From an uncultured Chloroflexia bacterium (GTDB lineage: Bacteria > Chloroflexota > Limnocylindria > Limnocylindrales > CSP1-4): 64,000 nt of DNA. This document shows, in pieces, positions 45,192-55,340 of the stretch. The stretch is taken from NCBI GenBank assembly GCA_963763775.1, contig CAVXPZ010000002.1, positions 32,001 to 96,000 of the forward strand, read 5' to 3'. The translations under genes and the position numbers were made by a program. The notes under the pieces were generated by a model, which saw nothing but the letters and a program-made list of their open reading frames with translations, did no database searches and was not told the DNA's origin. The first letter of the stretch is position 1. Each line of letters starts with the position of its first letter.

Positions 45192-47385
45192 CCCGTCCCT
45201 CCTCGAGCACGACCAGGGCGTCGACGGCGATCGCGCCGGTCGCCGACGCGATGACCGGATTGAGGTCGACCTCGAGCACGTCCGGTCGATCGGCACCGAG
45301 CCGGCCCAGGGCGACGAGCATCGCCGCGACCGCGGACCGGTCCACCGGCGGGCGTCCTCGGACGCCGTCGAGCAGCGCGCGGCCGCGCAGGTCGTCGAGC
45401 ATCGCCATCGCCGCTCGAGGGGTGACCGGGGCCAGGCGGATCGCGACGTCGTCGAGGACCTCGGCGAGGATGCCGCCCAGGCCGACGAGGACCGCGGGTC
45501 CGAACTGCGGGTCGCGCTGGAGCCCGACGATCAGCTCCACCCCCGGGTCCGCCATCGGCTCCACGAGCAGGCCTCGGACCTCGAGCCCGGACACCCGGGC
45601 CGCGTCGAGCATCCGCTCGGCCGCCGTGCGGACCGCCTCGTCGCCGACGAGCCCCAGGGCCACGCCGCCGACCTCGGTCTTGTGCCACACGCCCGCGGCA
45701 TCGAGCTTGATCGCCACGGCGCCGCCGATCCCGCGGGCCGCATCGACCGCCTCCCCGGCGTCGGCCGCCGGCACGGGACGGACGACCTCGATCCCGGCCG
45801 CCCCGAGGAACGCGAGGCTCTCGCGTTCCGCGAGCGGACGCCCATGGCCCGCCGGTCTCGGCATGGGCTCGCGGTCCGCGCCGTACGACGTGCGGTCCGC
45901 GGCCAGCGCCGGCCAACCGCCCCGCCAGGGTCCCACGGCGTGGCGGTGGTCCCGCCGGGTGGTCCAGCGGGCGGTCTTGGCGATCGCCGTGAACGCTTCG
46001 ACGCCACCGCGCAGCAACGGCGCGCCGCCGCCCTTCGTGTCCAGCAGCGCCTTCGTCTCGGCCGGTGGCTCGCCCGACGTCAGGGAGACGTAGACGGGCA
46101 GGATCGAGGGGCGGTCGGCGGTGGCCTCGAGCAGCTGGAAGGACACGTCGTTCGCCGTCCCCACCTCGGAGGGCAGTGACCGGTAGGGGAAGTCGTGCAC
46201 GATCGCGAGCACGTCGTAGGCCCCGGAGGCCGCCATCGCCTCGAAGGCGGCCCCGTAGGCGACGGCCGGGTCGTCGGCGCCCCACGGATCGAGGGGGTTG
46301 CCGACGTAGCCCATCGTGGGCAGAGCGGCCAGGATCGCGGCGCGCGCGGCGTCGGGGATCGGCGGAAGGTCCACGCCGGTCTGCGGCACCTGGTCGGCGA
46401 TGAGCGAGGCCTCCCCGGTCGACACCGTCACGACCCCGGTCCGCCCGCGCCCGACGGAGCGCCCGGTCCGCCGCATCCCCTCGACGAGCTCGGCCGTCTC
46501 GAGCAGCTCGTCGAGGTCGGCACAGCGGATGACGCCGGCCGCGTCGAGCGCCGCGTCGGTGATCCGGGCCTCCCCGGCGAGCGAGCCGGAGTGCGCGACG
46601 GCGGCCTGCTGCGCCTGGGGGCTGCGGCCGACCTTGACCGCCATGATCGGCTTGCCCAGCTCGAGGGCGCGGTCCGCGAGCGCGAGGAACCGCTCGGGCC
46701 GCTTGAAGCCCTCGACGAAGAGGATGACCGAGGTGGTCTCCGGGTCGTCGAGGCAGAACGCGAGGTAGTCGCAGACGTCGAGGACCACCTCGGAGCCGCA
46801 CGAGATGATCCGGCTGAACCCGACGCGCGAGCCCGAGTGGACGTACGCGTCGGTGACCGAACCCGATTGCGCGATCCCGGCGACGCCGCCGCGCGGCAGG
46901 TACGGCGAGACGTCGCCGATGTACGTCGCGGCGTTCGCCACGAGGTCGATGACGCCCATGCAGTTCGGTCCGAGGAGCGCGATCCCGTGCTCCCGCGCGA
47001 TGCGGGCCACCTCGGCCTGCATGGCCGCCGCAGCCGGACCGCCTTCCACGACCCCACCGCCCGGGATGATCACCGCGGGCACGCCCGCCGCCGCCGCCGC
47101 CTCGGTCACGGACGCCGCCCGCAGCGGATTGAGGGCGACGACGGCGATGTCCGGCCGCTCGGGCAGCGCCTCGAGGCTCGGGTAGCACGGCTGACCGTGC
47201 AGCTCGTCGTACTTGGGGTTGACGAAGTGGCAGCGCGTCGCGCTGCCCATGGTCCGCAGGTTGTCGCGGACGGTCTCGGCGATCCAGCTCCGCGGCGAGG
47301 CGCCGACCACCGCGACCGACCGCGGCGCGAAGAGCGGGCGGAGGTCGATCTCGCCGGTGGCGCGCACCGCGGCCGGGTCGGTCAT
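45178..47385 (-). CDS. Acyl-CoA synthetase (NDP-forming), acetate--CoA ligase family
   Basis: LFAPRSVAVVGAS, LGPNCMG, QSG, AHSGSLAG, NPLD, HKTEVGGV, DPQFGP, VDLNP. Confidence 0.92.
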   Translation of the reverse strand: MTDPAAVRATGEIDLRPLFAPRSVAVVGASPRSWIAETVRDNLRTMGSATRCHFVNPKYDELHGQPCYPSLEALPERPDIAVVALNPLRAASVTEAAAAAGVPAVIIPGGGVVEGGPAAAAMQAEVARIAREHGIALLGPNCMGVIDLVANAATYIGDVSPYLPRGGVAGIAQSGSVTDAYVHSGSRVGFSRIISCGSEVVLDVCDYLAFCLDDPETTSVILFVEGFKRPERFLALADRALELGKPIMAVKVGRSPQAQQAAVAHSGSLAGEARITDAALDAAGVIRCADLDELLETAELVEGMRRTGRSVGRGRTGVVTVSTGEASLIADQVPQTGVDLPPIPDAARAAILAALPTMGYVGNPLDPWGADDPAVAYGAAFEAMAASGAYDVLAIVHDFPYRSLPSEVGTANDVSFQLLEATADRPSILPVYVSLTSGEPPAETKALLDTKGGGAPLLRGGVEAFTAIAKTARWTTRRDHRHAVGPWRGGWPALAADRTSYGADREPMPRPAGHGRPLAERESLAFLGAAGIEVVRPVPAADAGEAVDAARGIGGAVAIKLDAAGVWHKTEVGGVALGLVGDEAVRTAAERMLDAARVSGLEVRGLLVEPMADPGVELIVGLQRDPQFGPAVLVGLGGILAEVLDDVAIRLAPVTPRAAMAMLDDLRGRALLDGVRGRPPVDRSAVAAMLVALGRLGADRPDVLEVDLNPVIASATGAIAVDALVVLEEGRDAGT

Positions 47386-48557
47386 CCGACCACCCGGCCG
47401 ACGCCGCGCTTCTCGAGGGCGCGGGCGACGATCAGCCGCTGGATCTCCGAGGTCCCCTCCCAGATCCGGTCGACGCGCAGCTCGCGGAAGAACCGCTCCG
47501 CCGGGTACTCGCGCATGTAGCCGCGGCCCCCGAAGACCTGGACGACGCGGTCGGCGCATCGGAATGCCGCCTCCGAGGCGAACAGCTTGGCGAGCGAGGC
47601 CTTCGCGTGGACCACCTTCGGGTCGGCGCCGGTATCGGCCAGCCAGGCGCACTCGCGGGTGAGCAGGCGCGCCGCGGACGCGTCGGCGGCGGAGTCGGCC
47701 AGCGGGAACGACACGCCCTGGAAGTCGTAGATCCGCTCACCGAACTGGATCCGCTCCGTCGCCCACTCGACGGCGAGCGTGAGGAGGCGCTCCATCGCGC
47801 CGCTGCAGCGCGCGCCGATGTGGATGCGCTCCTCGACGAACCACTCGTTCGTGAGCTCGTCCGCGCGGCCGACGCCGCCGAGCACGGCGCTCGCCGGGAC
47901 GCGCACGCCGGACAGCACGAACTGGGGATGCCGGTCCGCGAAGGTGTGCATGTAGTCGGGGTCGTGGTTGACCCGGACGCCGGGAACGTCGTAGTCGACG
48001 AGGAACAGCGTGGGCAGGCGGCGGTCGCCGTCGACGACGTTGGCCTGGAAGATCATGAAGTCCGTGTCGTCCGGGCCCGTCACGAACCACTTCTCGCCAT
48101 CGAGGATGTAATCGCCGGTGGCGGTGTCGCGGACCGCCGTCGCACGGATCGCGCGCGCGTCGGAGCCGGCCCCGTCCTCCGTGACCGCGTAGCTGCCGGA
48201 GCGCTCGCCGCGCATCGATGGGTCGAAGTACCGGCGTTTCTGCTCCGCATCGCCGTGGACGAGCACGTTGTACGGGCCCGGGATGTACGACCACAGGCCG
48301 CCGGTCACCTGGCCGAGCTGCTCGTGGACGAGCACCTGCTCGAAGACCGACCAGCCCTGGCCGCCGAGTCCCACGGGGAAGTTGCCCCCGTGCAGCCGGG
48401 CCTCGATGGCGGCCCGACGGATCGGGTCACCCCAATCGCGCGGCACCTTGCCGCCGGCACGCTCGAACTCCTGCTCCTTCGGCTGGAGCACGTCGTGAAC
48501 GAACGCGCGCGCTCGCGCCTGGAGCTCGAGCTGGGCGTCGGTGAGCGTCAGGTCCAT
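47382..48557 (-). CDS. Acyl-CoA dehydrogenase
   Basis: TEDGAGSD, GEKWFVT, RIQFGE, QVFGGRGY, RIWEGTSEIQR. Confidence 0.93.
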   Translation of the reverse strand: MDLTLTDAQLELQARARAFVHDVLQPKEQEFERAGGKVPRDWGDPIRRAAIEARLHGGNFPVGLGGQGWSVFEQVLVHEQLGQVTGGLWSYIPGPYNVLVHGDAEQKRRYFDPSMRGERSGSYAVTEDGAGSDARAIRATAVRDTATGDYILDGEKWFVTGPDDTDFMIFQANVVDGDRRLPTLFLVDYDVPGVRVNHDPDYMHTFADRHPQFVLSGVRVPASAVLGGVGRADELTNEWFVEERIHIGARCSGAMERLLTLAVEWATERIQFGERIYDFQGVSFPLADSAADASAARLLTRECAWLADTGADPKVVHAKASLAKLFASEAAFRCADRVVQVFGGRGYMREYPAERFFRELRVDRIWEGTSEIQRLIVARALEKRGVGRVVG

Positions 48558-48617
48558 GGGCGCCAGTCTGGCGTACGCGGCGGGCGGCTCACGGGTCCCG
48601 TCGCGGGCCTCGGGACG

Positions 48618-50063
48618 TCAACCCGGCTGGGCGAGCACCATGATCCGGATCTCGGTCATGTCCTCCATCGCCCAGCGCAGCCCCTCGCGGCCGAGCCCGG
48701 AGTCCTTGACCCCGCCGTAGGGCATGTGGTCGATGCGGTAGGTCGGGATGTCGTTGACGATGACCCCGCCCACCTCGAGCTCGCCGAACGCCCGCCAGGC
48801 GCCCGCCAGGTCGTTGGTGAAGACGCCCGTCTGCAGCCCGAACATGCTGTCGTTGACCTTGGCGATGGCCTCGTCCATGGTCCGGAACGGGGCGGCCACC
48901 ACGAGCGGGGCGAAGGCCTCGTTCGAGCAGACCTGGGCCGTCGTCGGGACGCCGGTCAGGACCGTCGGCGGGAAGAACGTGCCGTCGGCCGTGCCACCCG
49001 CGAGGAGCGTGCCGCCCAGGGCGACCGCCTCGTCGACCCAGCGCTGGGTCCGCGCCGCCGCGGCGCCATCGACCATCGGCCCGACGTCGGTCGCCGGGTC
49101 GAGCGGGTCACCGAGCTTGAGCGACTTCACGCCCTCGACGAAGCGGGACATGAACGCGTCCCAGACATCCTCGTGGATGAACGCCCGCTGCACGCTGATG
49201 CAGACCTGGCCGGCATACGCGAAGCCGCCGATCAGGATCCGCTTGACGGCCCACTCGAGGTCCGCGCTCTTGTCGACGATGACGCCGGCGTTGCCGCCGA
49301 GCTCGAGGACGACCTTCTTCTTGCCGGCGCGCTCCTTCATGCGCCAGCCGACGCTCGGGCTGCCGGTGAACGTCAGGAGCTTGAAGCGCTCGTCCGCGAC
49401 CATCCGGTCGCCGAGCTCGCGGGTCATCGGCAGGATCGAGACCGACCCGGCCGGCGCGCCCGCCGCCTCGACGATCTCGGCGACGGCCAGCATCACCAGC
49501 GGGTCCTTGGACGGCGGCTTGAGCACGATCGGATTGCCCGTCGCGATCGCCGGCGCGAGCTTGTGCGCGGCGAGGTTCAGCGGGAAGTTGAACGGGCTGA
49601 TCGCGGCGATCGGGCCGATCGGGAACCGGCGCGTGATCCCGACGCGGTCCTTCGACGACGGCATGAGGTCGAGCGGGATGAGCTCGCCGGTCATCCGCTC
49701 GGCCTCCTCGGCGCCGAGGCGGAAGGTCAGCGTGGCGCGGTCGACCTCGACGAGCGCGTCGCGGATCGGCTTGCCGGCCTCGAGCGCGATGAGCCGGCCG
49801 AGCTCCTCGCGACGGTCCTTGATCCCCGCGCTGATCTCGCGCAGGATCCGCCCGCGCTCGTAGGCCGGCAGGTGACGCGTGACCTCGAAGGCGGCCACGG
49901 CCGCCTCGACGGCCGCCTCGTACTGGGCCTCGCTGGCATGGAACGTCGACCCGGCCGGGGTCGTGGGGTCCGCCGGATTGGCGACGACGAGCGGCTCGTC
50001 GGACTCGACCCAGCGGCCGGCCAGGAAGATGGGATGGGGCTTGGTGCCGGCGACGATGGCCAT
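48618..50063 (-). CDS. Aldehyde dehydrogenase
   Basis: PFNFP, FTGS, ELGGNA, AGQVC, EAFAP, PYGGVKDSGLGREG. Confidence 0.95.
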   Translation of the reverse strand: MAIVAGTKPHPIFLAGRWVESDEPLVVANPADPTTPAGSTFHASEAQYEAAVEAAVAAFEVTRHLPAYERGRILREISAGIKDRREELGRLIALEAGKPIRDALVEVDRATLTFRLGAEEAERMTGELIPLDLMPSSKDRVGITRRFPIGPIAAISPFNFPLNLAAHKLAPAIATGNPIVLKPPSKDPLVMLAVAEIVEAAGAPAGSVSILPMTRELGDRMVADERFKLLTFTGSPSVGWRMKERAGKKKVVLELGGNAGVIVDKSADLEWAVKRILIGGFAYAGQVCISVQRAFIHEDVWDAFMSRFVEGVKSLKLGDPLDPATDVGPMVDGAAAARTQRWVDEAVALGGTLLAGGTADGTFFPPTVLTGVPTTAQVCSNEAFAPLVVAAPFRTMDEAIAKVNDSMFGLQTGVFTNDLAGAWRAFGELEVGGVIVNDIPTYRIDHMPYGGVKDSGLGREGLRWAMEDMTEIRIMVLAQPG

Positions 50064-50150
50064 CGGGAGGGGCTCCTGGGGCAAGCGGGTTGCGGTACCG
50101 TCGCATCGTACAACCCGGACCCACGGACCCGACGCTCAGGAGGCCGCCAG

Positions 50151-50974
50151 ATGGGCAACGGCACCGACCTGCGAGACGCGCTGCGCGTCCGACCCGGCTC
50201 CCGCATCCACCTCGAGAAGCTCGACCCCGCCGCTACCCACGGGCGCGACAAGGCCTCGGCGGCCGAGGCGACCGCGAAGCAGCTCGTGCGGCTCGGCGAG
50301 CTGCAGGACCGGTTCTGGGCCGAGGCGAAGCACTCGGTGCTCGTGGTCCTCCAGGGCATCGATGCCGCCGGCAAGGACGGGACGATCAACAAGGTGATGG
50401 AGGCCTTCAACCCGCAGGGGTGCCCGGTCACCAGCTTCAAGGTCCCGAGCAGCGACGAGCTGGCCCACGACTACCTGTGGCGGGTGCACAAGGCGGTCCC
50501 GCGCAAGGGCGAGATCGGGATCTTCAACCGCTCGCACTACGAGGATGTCCTGATCGTCCGGGTCCACGACCTCGTGCCCAAGCGTGTGTGGTCCAAGCGG
50601 TTCCACCAGATCAACGAGTTCGAGCGCACCCTCGCCGAGAACGGCACCACCATCGTGAAGTTCTTCCTGTCGATCTCGAAGGACGAGCAGCGCGAGCGGT
50701 TCCAGGCGCGCTACGACGACCCCACGAAGCGCTGGAAGTTCTCGATGGCCGACCTGTCCGAGCGCGAGCGGTGGGACGACTACCAGGTCGCCTTCGACGA
50801 CGCGATCTCGAAGACCTCGACCGACTGGGCACCGTGGTACGTCATCCCGGCCGAACCGCAAGTGGTTCCGCAACCTCGCGGTCGCGACGATCCTCGCCGA
50901 CACGATGGCCGGGCTCCGTCCCGCGTACCCGGCGGTCGCGGCGGACGTCCCCGCGGATCCTCGAGATCACCTAG
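50151..50974 (+). CDS. ppk2: Polyphosphate kinase 2 (class III-like); frameshifts near 50855 and 50960
   Basis: LQGIDAAGKDG, HDYLWR, FNRSHYEDVL, KFFLSIS, WKF, APWYVIPA. Confidence 0.9.
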
Positions 50975-51983
50975 GCGCGGGCGCCCGCGGCGGGACCAGC
51001 GTCCCCAGGGTCTCCGCCGTCGCCCGTTCGAACCCGCCCATCGCATCGGGCTCGAGACCTCGCACGGCGCGTTCCCAGGCGGCCGCCTTGGCGATCGGCG
51101 CCAGCCGGATGGCGCGGTCGGCGACCTCCGCCAGGGCTCGGGACGGGAGCCGGTCCGTCCACGCCTCGAGGTACGCGTCGCGCAAGCGGACGATCCCCGG
51201 CGCCGCGGTCGTCGTCCCGGTCCGGCGGGCGATGGAGGCCAGCGTCTGCGCGAGCGTCTGGAACGGGTGCGCCAGGGTCGCATCGCCCCAGTCGAAGAGG
51301 CGGAACCCGGCCCCGTCGACCAGCACGTTCCCGCCGTGCAGGTCGCCGTGGTCGATCGAGTCGGGGATCCCTGCGGCGGCGAGATCCGCCGCCGCGGCCT
51401 CCGCCATCCCGAGCCGCGACCGCAGCCGTCGGCGCGTCGCCGCCGCGCCGGCCCGCGCCCAGGGGGCCTCGTCGTCGAGCAGGCTCGCGAGGATCGTCGG
51501 CAGGCGGGCGGGTCGGGCATCCGGGATCCCGGTCGTGGCGAGGCTCGCGGCCCATGGCTCGGCGGCACGCTGCATCGCGGCGTAGCCCCGGAGCACACGC
51601 TCCCACGCCCCGAGGTCGCGGTCCCCGGACCCGTCCGGTCCACGAGCACGGAGGGTCGGCCCGCCATCGTCGAAGAGCAGCCAGGCGCGACCGTGGTCGG
51701 CGGCCAGCGGGTAGAGCACGTGCGCCACCCCGTGCTCGGCCAAGGCGGCGAGCAGGGGGCCTTCGTAGGCCGGTCCGGGACCCGTCGCCTTCGACCAGGC
51801 CACGCCGCGGTCGGTCGGGATCCGAAAGGCGGTCGACCATGGCGTCAGGTGGGGCTGGTCCACCGTCCCGGCCACGTGCCGGCCGGCGGCGGCGAGCTCG
51901 GCCTCGGCCCAGGCCAGGTGTCCGGCTCGCCACGCTGGGTCGGTCCAGGTCGCCGTCCCGGTGGGGATGCCGCCGTCCGCCAT
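50967..51983 (-). CDS. Aminoglycoside phosphotransferase-like kinase
   Basis: PWSTAFR, WSKA, HGDLHGGNV, FDWGD. Confidence 0.85.
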   Translation of the reverse strand: MADGGIPTGTATWTDPAWRAGHLAWAEAELAAAGRHVAGTVDQPHLTPWSTAFRIPTDRGVAWSKATGPGPAYEGPLLAALAEHGVAHVLYPLAADHGRAWLLFDDGGPTLRARGPDGSGDRDLGAWERVLRGYAAMQRAAEPWAASLATTGIPDARPARLPTILASLLDDEAPWARAGAAATRRRLRSRLGMAEAAAADLAAAGIPDSIDHGDLHGGNVLVDGAGFRLFDWGDATLAHPFQTLAQTLASIARRTGTTTAAPGIVRLRDAYLEAWTDRLPSRALAEVADRAIRLAPIAKAAAWERAVRGLEPDAMGGFERATAETLGTLVPPRAPAPR

Positions 51984-51997
51984 GCGAGGGCTGCCGC

Positions 51998-53675
51998 CTA
52001 CTTCGACTTGCCGCCGCCGAAGAGCGTCCCGAACACGCCGCGGATGATGTCCTGACCGAGGCGCGAGGAGACCACCTTCCCCCCGGTGCGGATGGCCGTG
52101 TCGATGGTCTTCTGCTGGGCCTTCGCGGCCTCGCGCTGCGCCTTGACCTCGGCCTGCTGCTGGCGCGTGCGCCTCGCGGGCGGCCTTGGCCTGCGCGGCC
52201 TCGATGGCCTTCTGCTGGCGGGCCAGCTCGCGTTCCTGCTGCGCCGGGGTCATCGTGTTCATCCCGGCCGCCGTGGTCGGGTCCACGCCGGCTCGCACCG
52301 CCGCGTCCGTGGCGGCCTGTCTCGCGGCGGCGATCTTCGCCGTGATCCGCTCGTACGCACTGTCCCGGTCGATGGTCTGGCCGTATTTCGCCTGGAGCGG
52401 GCTCATCGCGATGTGGCCGCGGAAGACGACCTCCTCGACGGGCGCCATCAACGAGTCCGGCGGCAGCAGCCGGGTCGCCGCGAGCGGGGTCGGGACGCCC
52501 TTGGGCGAGAGGACCGTGACCAGCGCCTCGCCCGTCCCGAGCGAGGTGATCGTCTTCTCCACGTCGTAGAAGTCCGTCATCGGGAACGTGCGCGCGGTCT
52601 TGCGGAGCGCGTCGGCATCGACGGGGGTGAAGACGCGAAGCGCGTGCTGGATGCGGTTGCCCAGCTGGGCCAGGACCGGCGACGGCACGTCGGTGGGCGT
52701 CTGCGTGACGAAGTACACCCCCACGCCCTTCGAGCGGATGAGCCGAGCGGTCCGCTCGATCTGGTCGAGCAGCGCCTGCGACGCATCGTCGAAGAGCAGG
52801 TGCGCCTCGTCGAAGAAGAAGCACAGCTTGGGCTTCGGGAGGTCGCCTGCCTCGGGGAGGTTCTCGTACAGCTGCGCCAGCATCCACAGCATGAACGTGG
52901 AGAACAGCGCCGGCTTGTCCATGACGTCCGACAGCTCCAGGACGCTGATGATCCCGGCCCCTTCGGGCGTCGACCGCATCAGGTCCGCGACCTCGAACTC
53001 GGGCTCGCCGAAGAAGACGTCCGCGCCCTGCTGCTCCAGCACGACGATCGACCGCTGGAGCACGCCGACCGAGGCCGGCGACATCCCGCCGTAGTCGGCG
53101 AGGTTCGCCTTCCCGTCGTCCGACGCGAGGTACTTGAGGGTCGCGGTCAGGTCCTTGAGGTCGAGCAGCGGGAGGTCGTTGTCGTCGCAGTACTTGAAGA
53201 TCAGCGCGAGGATGCTGGTCTGCGTGTCGTTGAGCCCCAGGACCTTGCCGAGCAGCAGCGGTCCGAACGAGTGGACCGTGGCCCGCACCTGCGACCCGAG
53301 CTTGCCCGAGAGCGAGAGGAACTCGACCGGGTGTCCGGCGGCCTGGAAGGTCCATGCCATGGACGCCGCCCGCTCGACGACCTTCGGGTTCGCGGCATCC
53401 CCCGGCGCGGCCAGACCCGTCAGGTCGCCCTTGATATCGGCCACGAACACCGGCACGCCGGCCTGGGACAGCTGACCGGCGAGGAGCTGGAGCGTCTTGG
53501 TCTTGCCGGTCCCGGTCGCGCCGGCGATCAGGCCGTGGCGGTTCATCATCGAGAGCGCGACGGCCACGCGGGTGTCGTTGAACAACTCGCCGTCGCGCAT
53601 CGCGCTGCCGATGGTCAGGCTCGGTTCCGTGAGCGAGTAGCCGGCCGTCATGGCGTCGCGGAACGCCTGGTCCAT
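51998..53675 (-). CDS. DUF853 HerA-like P-loop ATPase (YjgR family; frameshift near 52165)
   Basis: NRHGLIAGATGTGKT, DIKGDL, FFDEAHLLF, RSKGVG, QLGNRIQHALR; natural end RGVFGTLFGGGKSK* at 51998. Confidence 0.9.
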
Positions 53676-53775
53676 GGGTCCCTCCGGGAGCGCGAACGGG
53701 TCGTTCAGGGGAGGTCGCAAGCGTATCATCGGGCCGAACGCGTGCCATGTCGGTGACGGTCAGGGAGGACGGACG

Positions 53776-54183
53776 TTGGGAAGCATCGATGATGTCGAGG
53801 GCATCGGCCCCACGTATGCCGGGAAGCTCGCCGCGGCGGGAGTGAAGACCACGGACGACCTGCTCGCCGCCGGCGCCAAGCCGTCGGGCCGCACCTCGCT
53901 CGCAGGATCCACGGGCATCGACCAGGCGCTCATCCTCGAGTGGGTGAACCACGCCGACCTCATGCGTATCAAGGGCGTCGGCTCGGAGTACTCCGACCTG
54001 CTCGAGGCCGCCGGCGTCGACTCACCGGCCGAGCTCGCGCAGCGCAATGCCGCGAACCTGGCGATCACGTTCCAGGAGGTCGTCGCCGCCCGACCGGGCA
54101 TCGTCCGACGCGTCCCGAGCGAGAGCGAGGTCGCCGGCTGGATCGATCAGTCGAAGGGCCTCGACAAGGTCGTCGAGCACTGA
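53776..54183 (+). CDS. DUF4332 helix-hairpin-helix protein
   Basis: IDDVEGIGP, WVNHADLMRIKGVG, LLEAAGVD, LAQRN. Confidence 0.85.
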   Translation: MGSIDDVEGIGPTYAGKLAAAGVKTTDDLLAAGAKPSGRTSLAGSTGIDQALILEWVNHADLMRIKGVGSEYSDLLEAAGVDSPAELAQRNAANLAITFQEVVAARPGIVRRVPSESEVAGWIDQSKGLDKVVEH

Positions 54184-54208
54184 TCGCTCGGCACGGGAGG
54201 TCCTGCCG

Positions 54209-54580
54209 ATGGGTGGGTTCCGCGAGTTCCTGACCAAGAGCAACGCCCTGGCCCTGGCCATCGGCGTGATCATCGGCGCGGCGCTCGGCAGCGTGGTCAA
54301 CACGCTCGTCAACAGCGTGATCATGCCGCCGATCGGCTACGTGCTGGGCGGCGTGGACTTCGCCTCCATGAAGACGGTCCTCGGGCACGACAGCAAGGGC
54401 GCCGAGATCTCGATCGGCTGGGGACTGCTGATCAACTCACTGATCGTCTTCGTCATCGTGATGCTGGTCGCGTACGTGCTCAGCAAGATGTTCATCAAGG
54501 AGGGCCCTCCGCCCGGTCCGTCCCCGGAGGAGACCCTGCTGACCGAGATCCGCGACGAGTTGCGCAAGCGACCCGCCTGA
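54209..54580 (+). CDS. mscL: Large-conductance mechanosensitive channel
   Basis: FREFL..N..LAIGVIIGAA, IMPPIG, LLTEIRDEL. Confidence 0.93.
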   Translation: MGGFREFLTKSNALALAIGVIIGAALGSVVNTLVNSVIMPPIGYVLGGVDFASMKTVLGHDSKGAEISIGWGLLINSLIVFVIVMLVAYVLSKMFIKEGPPPGPSPEETLLTEIRDELRKRPA

Positions 54581-54608
54581 CCGGCCCGACGAACCCGATC
54601 GCGCGACC

Positions 54609-54634
54609 ATGGCCCGCCGGCGACGGCGGGCCAT
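54609..54634. terminator. Hairpin between convergent genes
   Basis: ATGGCCCGCCG-GCGA-CGGCGGGCCAT, a perfect 11-bp stem. Confidence 0.65.
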
Positions 54635-54640
54635 CGCGAT

Positions 54641-55327
54641 TCAGGGCGGCGCGCCACGCCTCGGGATCTCGACTCGGGCAAGGAGGGTGGTCCGCCGGTC
54701 CGACATCGTCCGATTGGTCGAGACGAGCTCGACGGCCTCCGGGCTGAACCCGGCATGACGGACGCGCCGGACCCGCTGGACGGCGTCGAAGAGCTCGCGG
54801 GACGGGGGCCGCGTGAACCGGATGAGGTTCGCCCAGAGCAGACGGCCGGCGACGATGCCGCCGATCCCGCCGCGGCCGGCGACCGCCCATCGACGCGCAA
54901 GTTCTCGCCGGGCACCCCGGAGATCGAGGTCGACCTCGTCGAGTGCCGCGAAGACCGAGGTATCACCCACCCCGATCCGGACCACCTTCAGGGACCCGCC
55001 GACGAGCCTCGGCGCGACCGCCAGCAGGTCCGAGATCGCCACGGCCGTCGTCTGCCCGTCGGGTACGTGGATGGGACCACAGACCGTGACGTGGATCGTC
55101 CGAGCCGGGCACACGTACTGTCCGGGCTGCGCCTGGGCGATCGTCTCGGCCACCGCCTCGAGCCGGGTCGCAAGGCCTGCCGGCAACCGGATGACGCTCG
55201 TGGCGAACGAGGCCGGCGCGTCCGGGTCGGCACCGTCCGGGTCCAGGCGATCTCGCCGGAGGCCGAGGCCGGTGCGTCGACGCACCATCCAGTCGGCATC
55301 GATGACGGCGGTCGTCAGCGACGTCAC
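54641..55327 (-). CDS. 2H-phosphoesterase-like hypothetical protein
   Basis: Y..P..TIHVTV first HxT motif; the second motif is degenerate (WANL). Confidence 0.5.
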   Translation of the reverse strand: MTSLTTAVIDADWMVRRRTGLGLRRDRLDPDGADPDAPASFATSVIRLPAGLATRLEAVAETIAQAQPGQYVCPARTIHVTVCGPIHVPDGQTTAVAISDLLAVAPRLVGGSLKVVRIGVGDTSVFAALDEVDLDLRGARRELARRWAVAGRGGIGGIVAGRLLWANLIRFTRPPSRELFDAVQRVRRVRHAGFSPEAVELVSTNRTMSDRRTTLLARVEIPRRGAPP

Positions 55328-55340
55328 GCGGGTCGGCGAC

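Noticed and set aside
50967-51983. Aminoglycoside resistance gene
   Set aside because: Only the generic APH/choline-kinase fold motifs are present. There is no recognisable resistance family or mobile context.
47607-52055. 1482-aa plus-strand ORF
   Set aside because: It is mostly the antisense shadow of ACAD and ALDH running into ppk2. Long shadow ORFs are expected at this GC content.
50967-53729. Apparent DUF853 ATPase-phosphotransferase fusion (920-aa ORF)
   Set aside because: The typical DUF853 ending RGVFGTLFGG-stop is at 51998 in another frame. The fusion comes from a frameshift near 52165.
51998-54183. HerA-like ATPase plus HhH protein as a possible defence system
   Set aside because: DUF853 and DUF4332 are widespread and divergently transcribed here, with no nuclease or SIR2 partner.
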